From contig JAAILG010000654.1 of NCBI GenBank assembly GCA_012026655.1, positions 1 to 64,000 of the forward strand: a stretch of 64,000 nt of DNA. The letters are read 5' to 3'. The translations under genes were made by a program, and so were the position numbers. Under the pieces are notes generated by a model. That model worked only from the letters and a program-made list of their open reading frames with translations, had not been told where the DNA came from and made no database searches. Shown piece after piece: positions 1-13,526 of this stretch (the stretch's first letter is position 1; each line of letters begins with the position of its first letter). This DNA comes from Hydrolagus affinis. Taxonomy: Eukaryota.

Positions 1-424
1 GTGGCGGGGTAGGATACCGAGCCACAGAGAAAGCGGGAGGTGGTTGAAAAGGTTTTAAAGTGAGATTTAAAGATAAAGAGCGGGCAAGGCAAAGGGGATG
101 GAGCCAGCGAGATCCAGAGGTTAGGGAGCAGCAAGCATGTGGCCCACAGTTGCGTAGGTTTTGAGTGACACATTTTCTAATCCATAACAAAAAGACCGAA
201 AAATTGCTGACCTGTTCTTTCCATTAGATGTAAAGCTAATTTTGCTTTGGAATCAAATGCATTCCCTTAAAGCCAATCTGACAGATTAGTCAGTCTCTGG
301 GGATAGTATACATTTCAATGTATTTCTGATACTGCATAGTTAGCATTACTTCAACATACTCAAGTTGCATTGGTATGTAATGTCCCCATGGATTCAAAAC
401 AATCTACTGCAGCGTGAGGTCTCA

Positions 425-955
425 CAATTCTTTTTCTGGGTCACCAGGATGTCCGACACATGCAGAAAAATATCACCATGGTTTAGGAATATCCAAACCA
501 GACTGAGAGTTCCACATATGCATGGAAATTACACTGTGTCTGGAATGGAGTGTGTATTCTCTTCCTGAAGGGACATACCTTGCTTACCCAATTCCAGAGA
601 GTATTAGGCGTAGGTTGGTATGAGCCAAAGCTTGGCAAGACCAACGTTTGAGTTGGGGTACTGCTAGAATCTCATAGCTTTGTGATGATTGTGAGGGAAG
701 CCTACCACTAGATGTCCACTTAGGGCCATACAATTTGGTAGGGCCTTGGCTTGGGAGGGAAGAATCCAACCTCAATCTTCACCTCCTAGTCAATAGGTCA
801 TGGGAATCCCATCTTCCTTTGCCGCCATCTTCTTGCCCACAGCTCAGACACGCATCACTACCCATGGTGTATTGGTTCCACCAGGTGGTAGTGCAAGACT
901 TCAGCAGCTCCCTGCACACCACTCAAGATAAAAACCTCTGCCTCCCCACGCACAA
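425..955 (-). repeat. Unclassified ~550-bp interspersed repeat, copy A
   Basis: Reverse complement shares aatactctctggaatt, ccattccaga, aatttccatg and tgtggaactctcag.tctggtttg with 11055-12000 and 24850-25380. Confidence 0.7.
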
Positions 956-1949
956 ATCATACACAAATTATGATCCTCTTTGAAGTCCTGGCTCTGCCCA
1001 CGTGCAGCTACCTAATGGAGAGCTACTCTGTATTATTATTGACTTATTTCATGCACCGTGGGGATGCTTTTCTCTGTTTACTTGATATGGTGGACCCTTC
1101 AATGTGCAAATAAAAACACACATTAAACAATTTGCTGCACTGAGCAAACAGAGTAGAATAACCTTTTGCAAGAACAATGTGCCGATCGCCAACACTAGCA
1201 AACTTATCAGTATGCATTTGTAACGTGGAATTTGTTAGTGTTTGTTGTCAAGCATGATAAGACACCCCAATGTCTATACGAGCTGTCTCCACGGTTGTCT
1301 TTTTCCACAACTTCCAAGTCTCCTGAACGTTGCAATTCTCAAAACATTGATGGCAAGTTTGGTGCCAGTAATGTTCCATGATCTGGGGAGCAGGTGTGTA
1401 ATAATCTGTATTTGAAACAGACAAAGAATCAGTGACCGTAAGCTATTGTTTGTAACCGAGTTTAGGTTTTGAAAAAGTAGGAGACGCTTCCTTACGGCAG
1501 GATTCTAGTGAGCACAAGAGTATCATTTGTGCGCTATACAGTAATCTTTGAAATAACTTCTAACAGGATTAGTGGGTTGGTAAACCATCACAGCTCTGTT
1601 CAAAATAAATTGTTTCCTGCAGCTTTTCTCTCAGCTTCGTGGGAATTGGTTTGTCAAGGTTGCCAGTTAATTGCCACAACTGAACATTTCTGATTTGTGA
1701 TCCTTTTCAACTGCTGACTAGGTGTGCCAAAAAAAATCAATCTGGCCTTTGTTTTGTCTGCAAGTATTAATCGGAATGTCCTGTTCTGGAAGGAAGGAAA
1801 ACACTCCCACCGTTATGCGAGCTGTGCAGGATTCAAAATGAGGGCTGTTCAGCTAGGCCGAGACCGAACTTGCCAGGCCTGAGATTGTGGGAGTTCAGTA
1901 ATAGTAATATAATCTTTGCGTTTGATAAAAACGGATTTCATGTTGTGAT

Positions 1950-1987
1950 GGGGGTGGGGGTAGGGGGTTGGGGGCGGGAGAGGGAGG
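1950..1987 (+). other. Potential G-quadruplex motif
   Basis: Four G5 runs with 1-2 nt loops: gggggtgggggtagggggttgggggcggg. Confidence 0.6.
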
Positions 1988-4714
1988 TGGCATTTTGAAA
2001 CCGCCATAAAATTCTAGTCTTCCGCAGTGGTTGCACGTGTGAGTCAGAGGAAGCCTAGACAATGGGTGACAAAAAAAAGCTAACAGGTCCACAAAGCATC
2101 AGTGGAAATGGATTCTGGTGAAGCGGTGGGCAATCTGTCTGCAGAAAATGTCAGCGAATTCAGATGACAATGTCACAGAACGCACGTAGCACTGAACGAA
2201 CAGGGTGGTTTTATGATCCAGTCAACAGACTAAAAATTTAAAATCTTTTCATTCTACCACTTGAACTTTGCAATCAATTGCCTTAACCCATCGAGGACCA
2301 CAAGAGCTTTCAACTCTCAGATAACAACCTTTTCTTTAGCACACAGAATACAGTATTGTGCACTGAAAAGCCCTGGTCTCAGTTGATACCAGTATGGGCT
2401 GATCCAACCAGTTATTGCAATTACTGCCTTTGTCCCTTCAAATAAAGCAAGCTATTTTTACAGCCACTATACAAAGCAGGGTGGCATTAGTTGCTGAAAA
2501 TTCCCATGCTGTGCCCTGCAATTTACTGAACTAGCCCTGTCACTAGCTATGCGGCAACACTTGCACATGCCTGGAGCGGACCACAAGAGAGGCTTTGGAT
2601 GAAGAAGGCCTTTCGGATCATTTGAAATCTCCAGCACTTCCTCTTAGGAAATGTGAGCCGGGTGGGAAGGCCTTAAGGAGACAAGAAATAAATTGGAAAA
2701 ATAAAGCACCAGCTGGAAAAGATTGGCGGATAAAGGCTCAATCACGTGGAAACTCCAGAGCTGAGCTACTCACTAACTTTTTGTCAACAGCCACGACAGA
2801 TGCTGAGAGGAATGCTCCAAAACCTGACACCACGTGGTGCTGGGACATGGGTCTGTGCCACAACTCCTCACACGGTGAGGTCTTGACAACAGCATTCCAC
2901 TGTGGGCAGTTTCTAATTAGAACCCAGGAATATTGCTCGGAGCCTCCTTTAAACACACTCAGACCTCACAGAAGTCTGGAATGAGATTGCTGTCTGAGCG
3001 GAATTCCAGCAGATCCAAATGAAGGACATCTGGGGTCCTTTAAGATTTTATATTTACAAACTACCGCATGTTAGCCCCCTATCCCGATCCCACACACACA
3101 TATACTGTCTCTACAATGTTACTCTCACCCACTGAGGGTTCAAAACCTAGGGAATTAAAAAAGGATTAAATTTTTTTTAAAAGGGGTGAATAAACTTTGG
3201 GATTTTCCCTCTTTAAAATTTATAACTCAAGGCTTGAGGGTCAAACTCACTTCCAATTTGAATCAACGGTCCCTGTGCTCTCTCTCTCTCTGTGGACACA
3301 CAGAGGAGATTACGCCTCATGCAGCTTTAGTGTTCATCCTTCTCTTCTCTCTATTGTCTCCATGTCTAGACCTAAACACCGTCGCTGCTCTCATTGATCA
3401 TGTTTTGACCTTAAAAAAAAGGTGTTTAACCGTCATGATTCAATTTTATCAGGAATAAAAGTAAAATGGATGGAAAAGGAGGCAAACAGAAAAATACATA
3501 ATTCGACCCTTTCGATAAATGTCTAATTTTCAAAAATATCGTATATAATCATAATTTTCTTTTTAACCTTTCCCCTTTGTTTTTAGTGTCACACAACACT
3601 ACGGGAATCAAAGGTCATTGTTTTTTCCCAAAAATAATTAGATAACATCATAAGATATTTTCACAGCTTGCAATAAACTCCTCAAAAGGAAAATATAAAG
3701 GAAGCAAGAGGATTGTCAGGGGGATTTTTACGTAACTTTCCTGGAGAAATATTTCTGGTCAGGCTGGAAAGGAAGCCGGCTAGATGTGTGCAGAATTTCA
3801 CTCTCGTTTTTTTTATATATATCCCAGTGATTGAAGCTCTTAAACTATGTGAGCCAATTAAACATTCCATCTCCATTTGAGTATTCCTTGCTGAATGAGT
3901 CTTTTAAGTCCCCATGTCTCCATGCTGTTAAAGTCACGTCTAATAACATCACAATGTTGTATGTATGCTTGTATTTCCAAGCAGCAGACCACAGTTGTTC
4001 CAGCTGCCCCAATGGCAGACAGCTGAGGCCAGGAGAGAGAAATACCATCAATATAAATGGCCCTCTTCACTTCTGAAAACATCCACCTTCCCACAGAACA
4101 CCCTATATCAAATGTAAGGATTATTATATGATTATTATTCATTGGAGTTAGTAAGCTCCAGCGTTGTGCCGACTTTCTTCTTGTGTATTCTTATTCATTA
4201 AATTAATTCTTCATTGACCAGCTCGCACGGCAACTGTTAATCTCACCCTTAAGACTCAGATCAAGTGGTCTATAACCCTCCAGACATGAGTTTAGAAGGA
4301 CAGAATCTATAACTACTGATGTGTCTTCTTCAGAGTTCAAATAGTAGCATAACATGGGAAATAAAGGCAAATCTTAAAGCGGCACCATCCTGACAACCCT
4401 TACTTGCAAAGTTATACAATATAAAAATGTAAATAAGGTAACTGCTGTACAGAAGTTCAGAAAGAGCAAAGTACAGTATTATTCCTTCTATATAAGTCCT
4501 CAGATGAGCATGATTTAAGACTCTGCAGCTTTAAGATAGTTGTTAAGTTTAGACACTGTGATAGATATTGCTAATGAAGGGTCAGAATGGGCATTCTGCT
4601 GTGAGAAATCCAAGCATTATCCCGTTTAGGCAGCAAATTTGGATTAAATGGGACAAATCTCTGCACACAATCTCTACCCAGATCGTACAATGCTGATCAC
4701 ACAAATTATGATCA

Positions 4715-5095
4715 GGGATAGAGATCTTTATAATCATGAAGGATTTTGATCGAGTAGATAGGGAGAAATTATTTACACTGGTTGGTGAGTCAGTGATTAG
4801 GGGGCCATCAATTTAACATGGTTACCAAAGGATAAAATAGGGAGATAAAAAGGATTTTAAGCAGAATTTTTAAAATGTTTAGGAATTCCCCCGTCGGGAG
4901 AGTTTGTTGAGGAGGGAATAATACAGTACTACCTTTCATCAAGGAACTAAATAGATGTTGGAAAAGGAGTAATTTAAAGAGATATGAGGAAAAGTAGATA
5001 AACAGGTCTCACCAGATTGCTCTTTCAAAGAAACAGCACAGACATGATGTACCGAACAGCCTTGTTCTGTGCTGTACAACTGGTCTGTTCTATGG
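4715..5095 (+). mobile_element. CR1 LINE 3' end relic
   Basis: IMKDFDRVDREKLF-like translation and CR1 3' UTR (gaacagccttgttctgtgctgta...ttctatg). Confidence 0.8.
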
Positions 5096-6599
5096 ACAGA
5101 AAACAGTACAGTACTGCCCAGGTGTGAATTTTCTTTGCTTCGATTTAGGAAAGGGAACAAAAAGAGCTTTAGCAATGTGATAAAATAATAAGCAGATTGT
5201 TTCCAATCTCTTACAGATTGGAAAATAGTAGCCTTTAGCCTTCTGAGAGATGAAAAAGTGAAAAATCCAGCAATGTAAGCGAATGAACACAGTTATCCAA
5301 AAGCACAGATCAAAACACAATTACACAAATCTTGCAAATTCTAGAATGACATTTGGTTGCTAAATTTCCCTGAGAGCATGTCTGATGTATTATGTTGTCC
5401 TTGTGAACGAAAGATAGAGGAAGAAAAAGCAAAATGTAACTGGGTGTGTGGCTGTATTACTGAAGAGGTCTGAAATTGCTCTAACCCAGAGGCTTCCTGT
5501 GGTAAGTTTATATATGCAGCTTTTATAAAACATTGGAGCCTTTTTACTAAATCAGCTTCCCCTCAACATTCAGTGCACTACACAGAATACTTAGCAACCT
5601 TTACTTATGAGTGATATATGAAGTTATTGAATAAATATCCATTGCTTCGAGATGAAACCTCTTGTACGAAGAAACTTTCAATTAGCGATCTGGGCTAATA
5701 TTAGGCTGCACTCATCATTCTTGGCCGAGTGCAGTAGGGGCTTAAGTGTACATCAGAAGAGAAAGTACCCATTGCATGTTAAGCACCTTTCAGAAGCTTG
5801 CGCCACGGTTCATTAACACACAAGGTCAACAGGCAGATAAGTAGTGCAGATTGGTTATTCCATGGGGCCTGGACAACAATCTACCCGCAGAATCTTCAAA
5901 GGGAATTTGATGCAAAATATCTTCCAGCTGGTTAGTCACGGAGCACCTGTTAGCACGTGCCGCCCTTTGACAGTTCACACGTTACACCGGACAAATCGCT
6001 GGTGCCAATAGCACAAGAGTTATTTTCTTCTCTAAAGCCAGCCTCTCTGCAGCCTTTTGCCTACGTTGGTCACGTTGACAAAAGTCACTGCATTCTTTAA
6101 ATGGCCTGTCTAACTGCTGCCAGAATGCTCGGCTATCTGCAACATTTGTAATGGTAGCATGATGTGAATGCTCCCAACGCAGTCTGTTAATGTCTGCCAG
6201 TGGGTTGTCTCCAGCTCTGACTATGATGATAAGCATTATCAGCCAAGAAAACAAAGCGGGCTAGACCTCCAACATCCCCCCCAAAAACAACTAGACTGAG
6301 AAGCTGGCTGCATATTTCCAATACACTCAACTGTAAGCTAACTTGTGACAGCTAATCTATTACAGTGGAGCATTGCGACGGCATACTTATAATAATTTAA
6401 CGTACTAAATATTTGCTCCCACGACTTCATTAACATATGGACGATATCGCTGGCTCTGAGTAACAGGGAAGCTAGTGTCAGCTTTAGTGCCACTTTTTCA
6501 TGTCATTTTTGTGTCAATCTTGCATAGCTTCTCAAAAAGGAAAATGACCATCCTGTCAAACCACAGTGAGGTCTTCATTAGGACCCTTCAGGCCATCAT

Positions 6600-6860
6600 G
6601 CAGGATCAGTAGAATAAATATGATGGTGCTGAGAAGATATTTTTAACGCAACAGTTGAGAATGTGAAATGCTTCCCCATTAGAATTATTGAAGCTAAGTC
6701 CACAGCAGCATTTAAAAAGAGAACTTGAGGAGATGAATATTAAAGGATACGGGGGCAGAGTAAGGGATGGGATTAGAGCAGAGAGCTTCAATGGGGGAAC
6801 TGGCTCACACTAGCACAGGTACAACGGGCTGAGTAGCCTTTTTCTGTTCTTAAGCACTTG
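6600..6860 (+). mobile_element. CR1 LINE 3' end relic
   Basis: tttttaacgcaacagttgagaatgtgaaatgc...gggctgagtagcctttttctgt. Confidence 0.7.
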
Positions 6861-7589
6861 TTACAAGGCTCTAACATGCATTATTTCTTTACGGGATTCT
6901 TCAGAATGGAATCACGTTCCAATTCCCAGGAAGTCCGCTCGCAAAGGGGGATTTGAGCGGCAACGCTGCAGGTCGGAGAGACAAACTTCAGCCTCTGGGC
7001 ATTACAGGTTCCTTATCATGGAATACAGTTTAGGAACCCTGCAAATTAGCCCTCCAGGATCTCATGTCAACATTAATTTTATTTTCCTGGCTGCTGTTAT
7101 TTTAACGGATAATCCACATTGGTGTTTATTCAGGTCACACCAAGAACACAAGTCACACGAATGGAGCAAAACACATCAGTTGACATCCAAAAGCTGGCTG
7201 TCTCACCACATCCAGACAAGATTCCAAATACTTTCCCAAAGAACCTAAAAGACACATTTTAAGTGGGAGCGACGATGTGTAAGGCAGCTGGGGGAATATA
7301 ATCATCTCCAGCATTCGCGAACAAAATTCCCAGTTCTACTGTAAATTCCTGAGGAGATGCTATCTTAGGAGATTTCACTTCAGTGAATCAGTTCAGGAAG
7401 TGCTTTTCCTCCCGGTTTGCAGAAGCACACCCACTAATTGTTTCTGCTCTCTGCAAAGCGTAAATAAGTCTTATTATACTCTCATTATGAGGAATGGTTT
7501 TGCAATGCTACATATTCAAAACCATGTAGATCAGTATCAGGTTCCCTCGTAATCCTTTGCTGTTCTTACATTGTGAGTTTACAAGATGA

Positions 7590-7990
7590 TTGGACTGGTT
7601 TCAGATGAAGAATGTCCTTCGACCCACCCATCTGATCTCATCCTGATCTCACTCTAGCCACCCCACCATTCATATCACCGAGCTTTTTTCTTTCTAATAA
7701 TGAGTGGTGTCAACCACCCTTCCTGGCAACTTGTTCCTGTCGTTCACTACCCTCTGGGTAAAGAAAAACATTCTGGTGTCTTTCCAAAAAATGCTGTTTG
7801 CGTATCTAAGCCCATGTCCTCTTGTTCTATTGTTTTGCTGCATCTTAATCACTTGTTCAATGCAGGTCAACAACCCTGTGTGTAAACTCAGGGTTTTGCA
7901 TGACTCACCTTTTAAGTTAAACCTTTCATTCAATCTTTTAGCTATGTCCGCTCTCCTCCAACTCCGCTCTGTCTCTATAAAATGAAACAT
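7590..7990 (-). mobile_element. CR1 LINE 3' fragment
   Basis: Minus translation RTRGHGLR...FFFTQRVVNDRNKLPGRVV. Confidence 0.8.
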
Positions 7991-9120
7991 TATCCTACAT
8001 GAACGGCCCTATACCAGTGCAAGTTGTAAGAGCCCTTGGGAAATGCGAAGATAATGTAAAAGCAGTGGAAGAGAAACAGCGGATGTAGAGGAAGTGTGGT
8101 GGTGCCTCCTGTTTGGGGCCACATTGTAAATCTCCGGAGACCAAAAGTGAAAATACAAGACAAAATATTCCATTAGCGCCTTTCACGTCAGAAGGGAATT
8201 TGGACCTGAGTGGAGGGGCGTTGGGACAAGGAAGGGTGGAGGGCTGGGAGGGTATGAGGGTGGCCGAAGGCACAGTTGAAGAGGAGGGTCTTGAAAACAA
8301 GCCCAACTCCGAAAGGGAGCCTTGCAGTGGTAAACAATCTGAGGGTCACAGTGCATCTCAATGCACATCTTGTAACAATGTGACTTTCAGGCGACAAAAT
8401 GTTTTTAACTATTTTGAAGCATGAAGTGGTTACACCTAAACCCTCCCAGTCGCCATTGGCTCTTGTTGTTTTCTTTTGTTCTATTTACTGAATACAGCCT
8501 TAAACCATGTCACTGTGTGTGGGCATCAACAGTGGTACATAACAGTGTACAAGTGAAATTCTGCAAGCAGTCGGCAATGGAGAGCATTAACAATGCAAAG
8601 ATGCTCATCACCGAAACAACGAAGATATGAAAGTAGCAAACTCTACCCCTTGTGAATTTCTGATAGAAAGAGAAAAATGTTATTTCATTAAGCTGTTAAG
8701 TGACAGCAGTGTCAATATTGTGAATGGGGTCAGAGTATATTTGGACATCTCACTGTATTTGCTCTCTCTATACTGTACTTGTTCTCATGGACAATGGCCA
8801 ATGCATCAGGAAAAATTAAAGCACTCAGCATGTGGCTGGCTGGCGGCCTGTGGTGTTCACAGACTGCTAAAAGTTACCTGCTAGATTAATTCCCCAGGTC
8901 TGCTGAGTATTCAACTAAAACATGGAGACAAGGCTGAATAAAGGGCACAAATTGCACAAGTTGGATAGACACCACAGGCTGGAGAGGAAAGTCCAGTCGG
9001 TGAAAAAAGCCATAAACAGCACCTCTAAATCAACGAGTTCACGTGCACTCAGTCTTGTGAGCCTAGAGGTGTGTCTGCCACTGGTAAACTGACAGAAAGG
9101 ACTCATCTTAAGAAGAAATA

Positions 9121-9508
9121 ATAATAACAAGAATAATAATACTTACATTTGATATAGCACCTCATCACACCATTGAGAGCTGCTCTATCAAATGTAAGCA
9201 CCTCTCAATATTTGAATATTTGGGAATATTCTCACCACAAAATTCCACAGAATATTGGGAAACTGGGTTGACTGCGTATTGTGTGGGTGACAGACAATTG
9301 CAAACAGCAGTGTCCCACAAGCAGTCAGATTAAGTGACCAATTTTTTTGGAGGGATTATTACCCCCCCAGAAGGCGATCCAACAATCAACTAACACCAGG
9401 TTTCCTCTTACTGCTGGTAAACAAAGGCGTGTGGAGAAAGGAAACTTGCTTAAGGTTTCACCCGGAAATCAAATGCAAGTCCTCTTGCTCGCAGGGTGCG
9501 TGCGCACT
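9121..9508 (-). mobile_element. tRNA/Deu SINE, long form, diverged, abutting the hAT element
   Basis: Tail, body gtgtcccacaa, extra segment tactgctggtaaacaaaggcgtgtggag and a degenerate head. Confidence 0.8.
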
Positions 9509-9516
9509 GTATGAAC

Positions 9517-10064
9517 CAGTGTTCTCCACGACCGCTTTTGACGTGTCGGGCCGACATGTTTAAATTTAGGGCCGACACATTTTAAATTTCCAGACATGAT
9601 ATAATTTTTCTAAACATGTTTGGGAAATATTTGTCAGAAGGATTATTTCAGCGGAGAGAATGGTAAGGAGAGAGTGGCCGGCGTGCTGGGAAGATGAGAG
9701 ACACGGGGAGAGAGAGGGAGAGAGAGAGAGAGAGAGAGAGGGGGAGAGTGAGAGTCTGTGCCGTGTGTGTGTGTGGTGGGGGTGGGTGGGGGGGAACTGT
9801 GTGTGTAGGGCGGGAGGAGGGATGAAGTTGTAGAGTGTGTATCCCCGATGTACTTACCTCTTTGCCTCACACTAGTCACACTCACAGGTCTTGTTTTTAA
9901 TATTACTAACCATGACATGATCGAGTGTCGAGTGTGTAGTGAGAGTTTGCTGCTTGCGTGCGTTTGTGCATGCATGTGACGTAGCGACGAAGTGCTCTGA
10001 CGTCATGCTGCTGATGTCGAACACAGCTGGAGCACCTTTTAATTTCAGGTTGTGGAGAACACTG
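9517..10064. mobile_element. Non-autonomous hAT-type DNA transposon (548 bp)
   Basis: 17-bp TIRs CAGTGTTCTCCACGACC / GGTTGTGGAGAACACTG with one mismatch. Perfect 8-bp TSD GTATGAAC at 9509-9516 and 10065-10072. Confidence 0.92.
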
Positions 10065-10484
10065 GTATGAACTGTAATGCAGTTGTAAAGGGGAGGCAAA
10101 AACGCAGCAACAATGTTCTATTTCTGTGCGAAGACACTGAGATCAAGTGCATCTTAACCTTTGCTAGCTGGAGAAGAAACCATTTCTACTCTTAAAGTCG
10201 TCAAGACACCACATACAATTAGTGTGTGATATGGCAGAGTGGGTAGCCCCAATGGGGGGCAGCTAAAAACATCTCAATAATAGGAAATACCATTACAAAT
10301 ACTTAACTAAATCCATCGCTGCGTTCAATGTAAATTTAGGAGTGGGTTTATATAAGAATGGCCATTAGGATGAAATAAACACACGCCCCTGTGGAATTCT
10401 ACATTTACAGGACAGTAAGTTTTGAGTTAACTCATACAGAGGTTTCTTCTCACCTCTCCCATTTCTGAGAAAGATATCCTAATT

Positions 10485-10585
10485 TCTTGAGTCCTGATGA
10501 GGGGGTCATGGACCCAAAATGTTATTCACTTTCCCTATCGATGCTCCTGACCAGCTGAGTGTTCCCAGCGATTTCTGTTTTTGTC
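10485..10585 (+). mobile_element. Penelope-like element terminal fragment with degenerate hammerhead core
   Basis: ctgatga gg gggtc atg gaccc aaaa tgtta...gatgctcctgaccagctgagtgttcccagcgatttctgttttt matches the common shark Penelope-type end as I recall it. Confidence 0.7.
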
Positions 10586-11054
10586 CCTAATTCCTTTGTT
10601 GGCTCAGCCTCTGTGACTCATCTAAATAAATTCATGATTCATATCGCTTTCATTCACTTCCACCTACACAAGCTTCAGCGTAACCACATTCAGCTCTTGC
10701 CCACATATTTAACATCTGACAAGTCTAAGGGGCTGCAAAAGGTGTCAGGATTTTTTTTTATCATCTCATACACTTGGCTTCCAGTCTCTCAGCTCCTTTA
10801 TAGAAGTGGCTGCAATGTTATTTTATTCCTCACTGCAACAAGAATAGTTCGACCACATTGACTGGCACCAGTGAGAGTTCTGGGTTTGAAGCAATGACTG
10901 TCCAGTGCCTTGGGACGTCCTCCTGACGTGAAAGTGTCATTTTGTAGTTGTTGTTGTTGAATCTTAATGGTGCACTTGAGTGCAATACTAAAGGGACACT
11001 GGCAACCATTGATGTTAGCCCAACTCTTTATTTATCAGAACAACTATCTTCTCG

Positions 11055-12000
11055 GGGGAGCTGGGAGGGAAGTGGGGTCTTATTTGAGTTAAGATGACTT
11101 CCAAGGGGACATCCTTGGCAACGGATTGTTGGAATCGAGTCAAACCTCTGAGATGGTCTCAGTGGTCTAGTTCCTGAGTTAGACGGGTCTGCAATATTCC
11201 AGGGGGCACTTCTGACAACAGACTGGCCAGCCTGGCTCATCAGCATGACTTGAAGGTGCAGACCGGTCACTGGGAGCAGGGATTCTTCCTGCTCTCAATG
11301 GCAAGCTACACGGTTTTCACCAGTTAAACTCCAGCAGCAACAACAAGTTTACCTTATCTAGTGCACTTCACAATGAGAGGGATAACCCAAGGCGGTGGAC
11401 ACTCAAGGGTTTGCCACCTGAGCTTGGGGTTCGCAAATTAAGAGGGAGAGCAAAATGCCAGGTCAAAGTCTTGAGACGAGCCTTGAAGGAGGCGGGAGAG
11501 AGCGAGGGGAAGGAACTCCGGGAAGGAGATCCAAAGGGTGGGAGCAGAAAAGCTGAAGACTCAACCACCGAAGGTAGGGGACTCAGGGCAGGGGACATGG
11601 AGCAGGCCAGTGCCCATTGAGTGGAGAGTGCTGGCAGATTGCAGAGATAGGGAGGAACAAGCTGGAAGGCTATAAAAGTGAGGATGAGGATGTTTAAACT
11701 GGCGGCTGCAGAGCAAGTAAAGTAGTTCCCGAATGTGCATCCTGGGATCCCCAAGCATTGCCTCTTCTCAGCCTGTGGCTAATACTCTCTGGAATTACAT
11801 TGCAATAGATACAGGTTCCCTCTGCAGTTGAGTTCCTCTAGGGAGCAAATGCTCCTTCTATCCCAGATGTAGGGAAATTTCCATGTGTTTATAGGCAGCA
11901 TATATTTGTGGAACTCTCAGGTCTGGTTTGCATACTCTTTAAGCCTTGCTGGTGATGGGTTTCCAACTTTGTCAGACACGCGGCTGCCAAAAATCAAGTG
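11055..12000 (+). repeat. Unclassified interspersed repeat, copy B (split by an L2)
   Basis: Colinear with copy C: ttggaatcgagtcaaacct, ggtctcag.ggt..agttcctgag, gttaaactc.agcag. Confidence 0.75.
11338..11745 (-). mobile_element. L2 LINE 3' fragment nested in the unclassified repeat
   Basis: Minus translation ILILTF.AFQLVPPYL...FKARLKT and a (gtt)n tail. Confidence 0.8.
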
Positions 12001-13466
12001 AGCTGGAGATGAGATGGGCTCCATCCACTCTGTTCTGGTGCCAATTTATGTGATGAACGTCATTGTACCTTGTGACAACAATGTGATTGATACACCGCCG
12101 AGATTGCCCTCCAGCATCTTCTCCTCTCTGAACACCTGGGATTTACTCCCTACGGACACCTTGCCTTCCACCCCCCGCCCCAACAAAATCAGCAAAAGAC
12201 AAAGAAGACTTCAAAGTAAATCTGAGTGGCACGTTACAATCGAGTCTTTCAGCTCTTCCACGGCGTGATCTGTGAAACTTGCATTTCAGCCTTGAGTGAT
12301 AAGAATTTTTGTGACAATCTCTGCATCACACGTGTCCTCGAGGCATAATCATGCTGTTTATCACACCACCATGTCACCATATGTCTGCACCAACACTCAA
12401 ACTGATTAAAGGTGTGGAATAAATTACTCACTTCAAGAAACCTTTACAGCTAGAATCTACATTACCATTAATAAACAGCTCAATAGGCCTCTTGCCAAGC
12501 CTTTCCCAGGGGCGCAAGTCCACTATAATATGAAAATGTTAAACTTTATACAACCCTATTTCCTAAAAGCTTTAAGATTACTATCAACGTCACAACCTCT
12601 GAAGTGCAATCTCAATCAAGAGAGTTAACACTTGGAAGGGCAAATAAAGGCGTTATCAACCTGAGCAAGGCTCCATGCACATTTGAATTCAATCTGCTCG
12701 CCCCAAGGGCTAGTGGCATTTGGGATGAGGGAAGCTTTGCTCTACATCAAATGCAAACACAAAACACACATTTGAAAAGATGAGAATTGTGTATCAAGAC
12801 ACGACAATTGAAAATTTTACAAAACAAAGCATCAAGAATTACAGTATGAAAAACACATGGCCCTTTAGAAAAATAACAATGCTTGCAGCTTACAGCCCAT
12901 AGAGACCTGAGAAAAAAGCCCTAGAAAAAAGAGAAGTTCCAATTCCACTGAGAATTGTGGCTCTTGGCTTCTGAACAACAATAACACTTGCGTAAGTACG
13001 CTGTCGAAGGTGCCTTCCTTCAGTTAGGACATTAAACAGAGGTCTTGTCTCCCTGTTCAGGTGGACGTTAAAGGATTAATCATACTATTTGAAACGAGTT
13101 ATTTCCAGTGTCCTGAGCAATAATACTCCAGTTAAATTGATCACTCATTACCTGCCTGTTTGTGAGACATTGGCTGCCCCTACAAATACATTGGTCACAG
13201 GAGAAAATGAGATACAGTACTAAGATGTGCAGAGGTTAAGAAGCATTGAGGCTCTGGTTCTGTAGGAGAGAGAATATTAGAATCACAGCTTCCACATGTC
13301 CCTGAGGAAACTAGGCCCAGTATTCCACAAGACCACTCTACTTTAAACTGAAATGCCACTAGTCCTTTCCAATGTGAACTCTTTAGGCAATAAAGCCTTT
13401 TAAAGCATTCAGCACTTGCTCTCTTCGGTGGCCTCGGACATGTTGGAAACTGCACAGATCTGGAGG

Positions 13467-13526
13467 ATTATTTCAGCAATTCCAATCAGTCCAATAATTA
13501 TTTCAGCAATTCCAATCAGTCCAATA
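13467..13526. repeat. Perfect 30-bp tandem duplication
   Basis: attatttcagcaattccaatcagtccaata x2. Confidence 0.95.
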
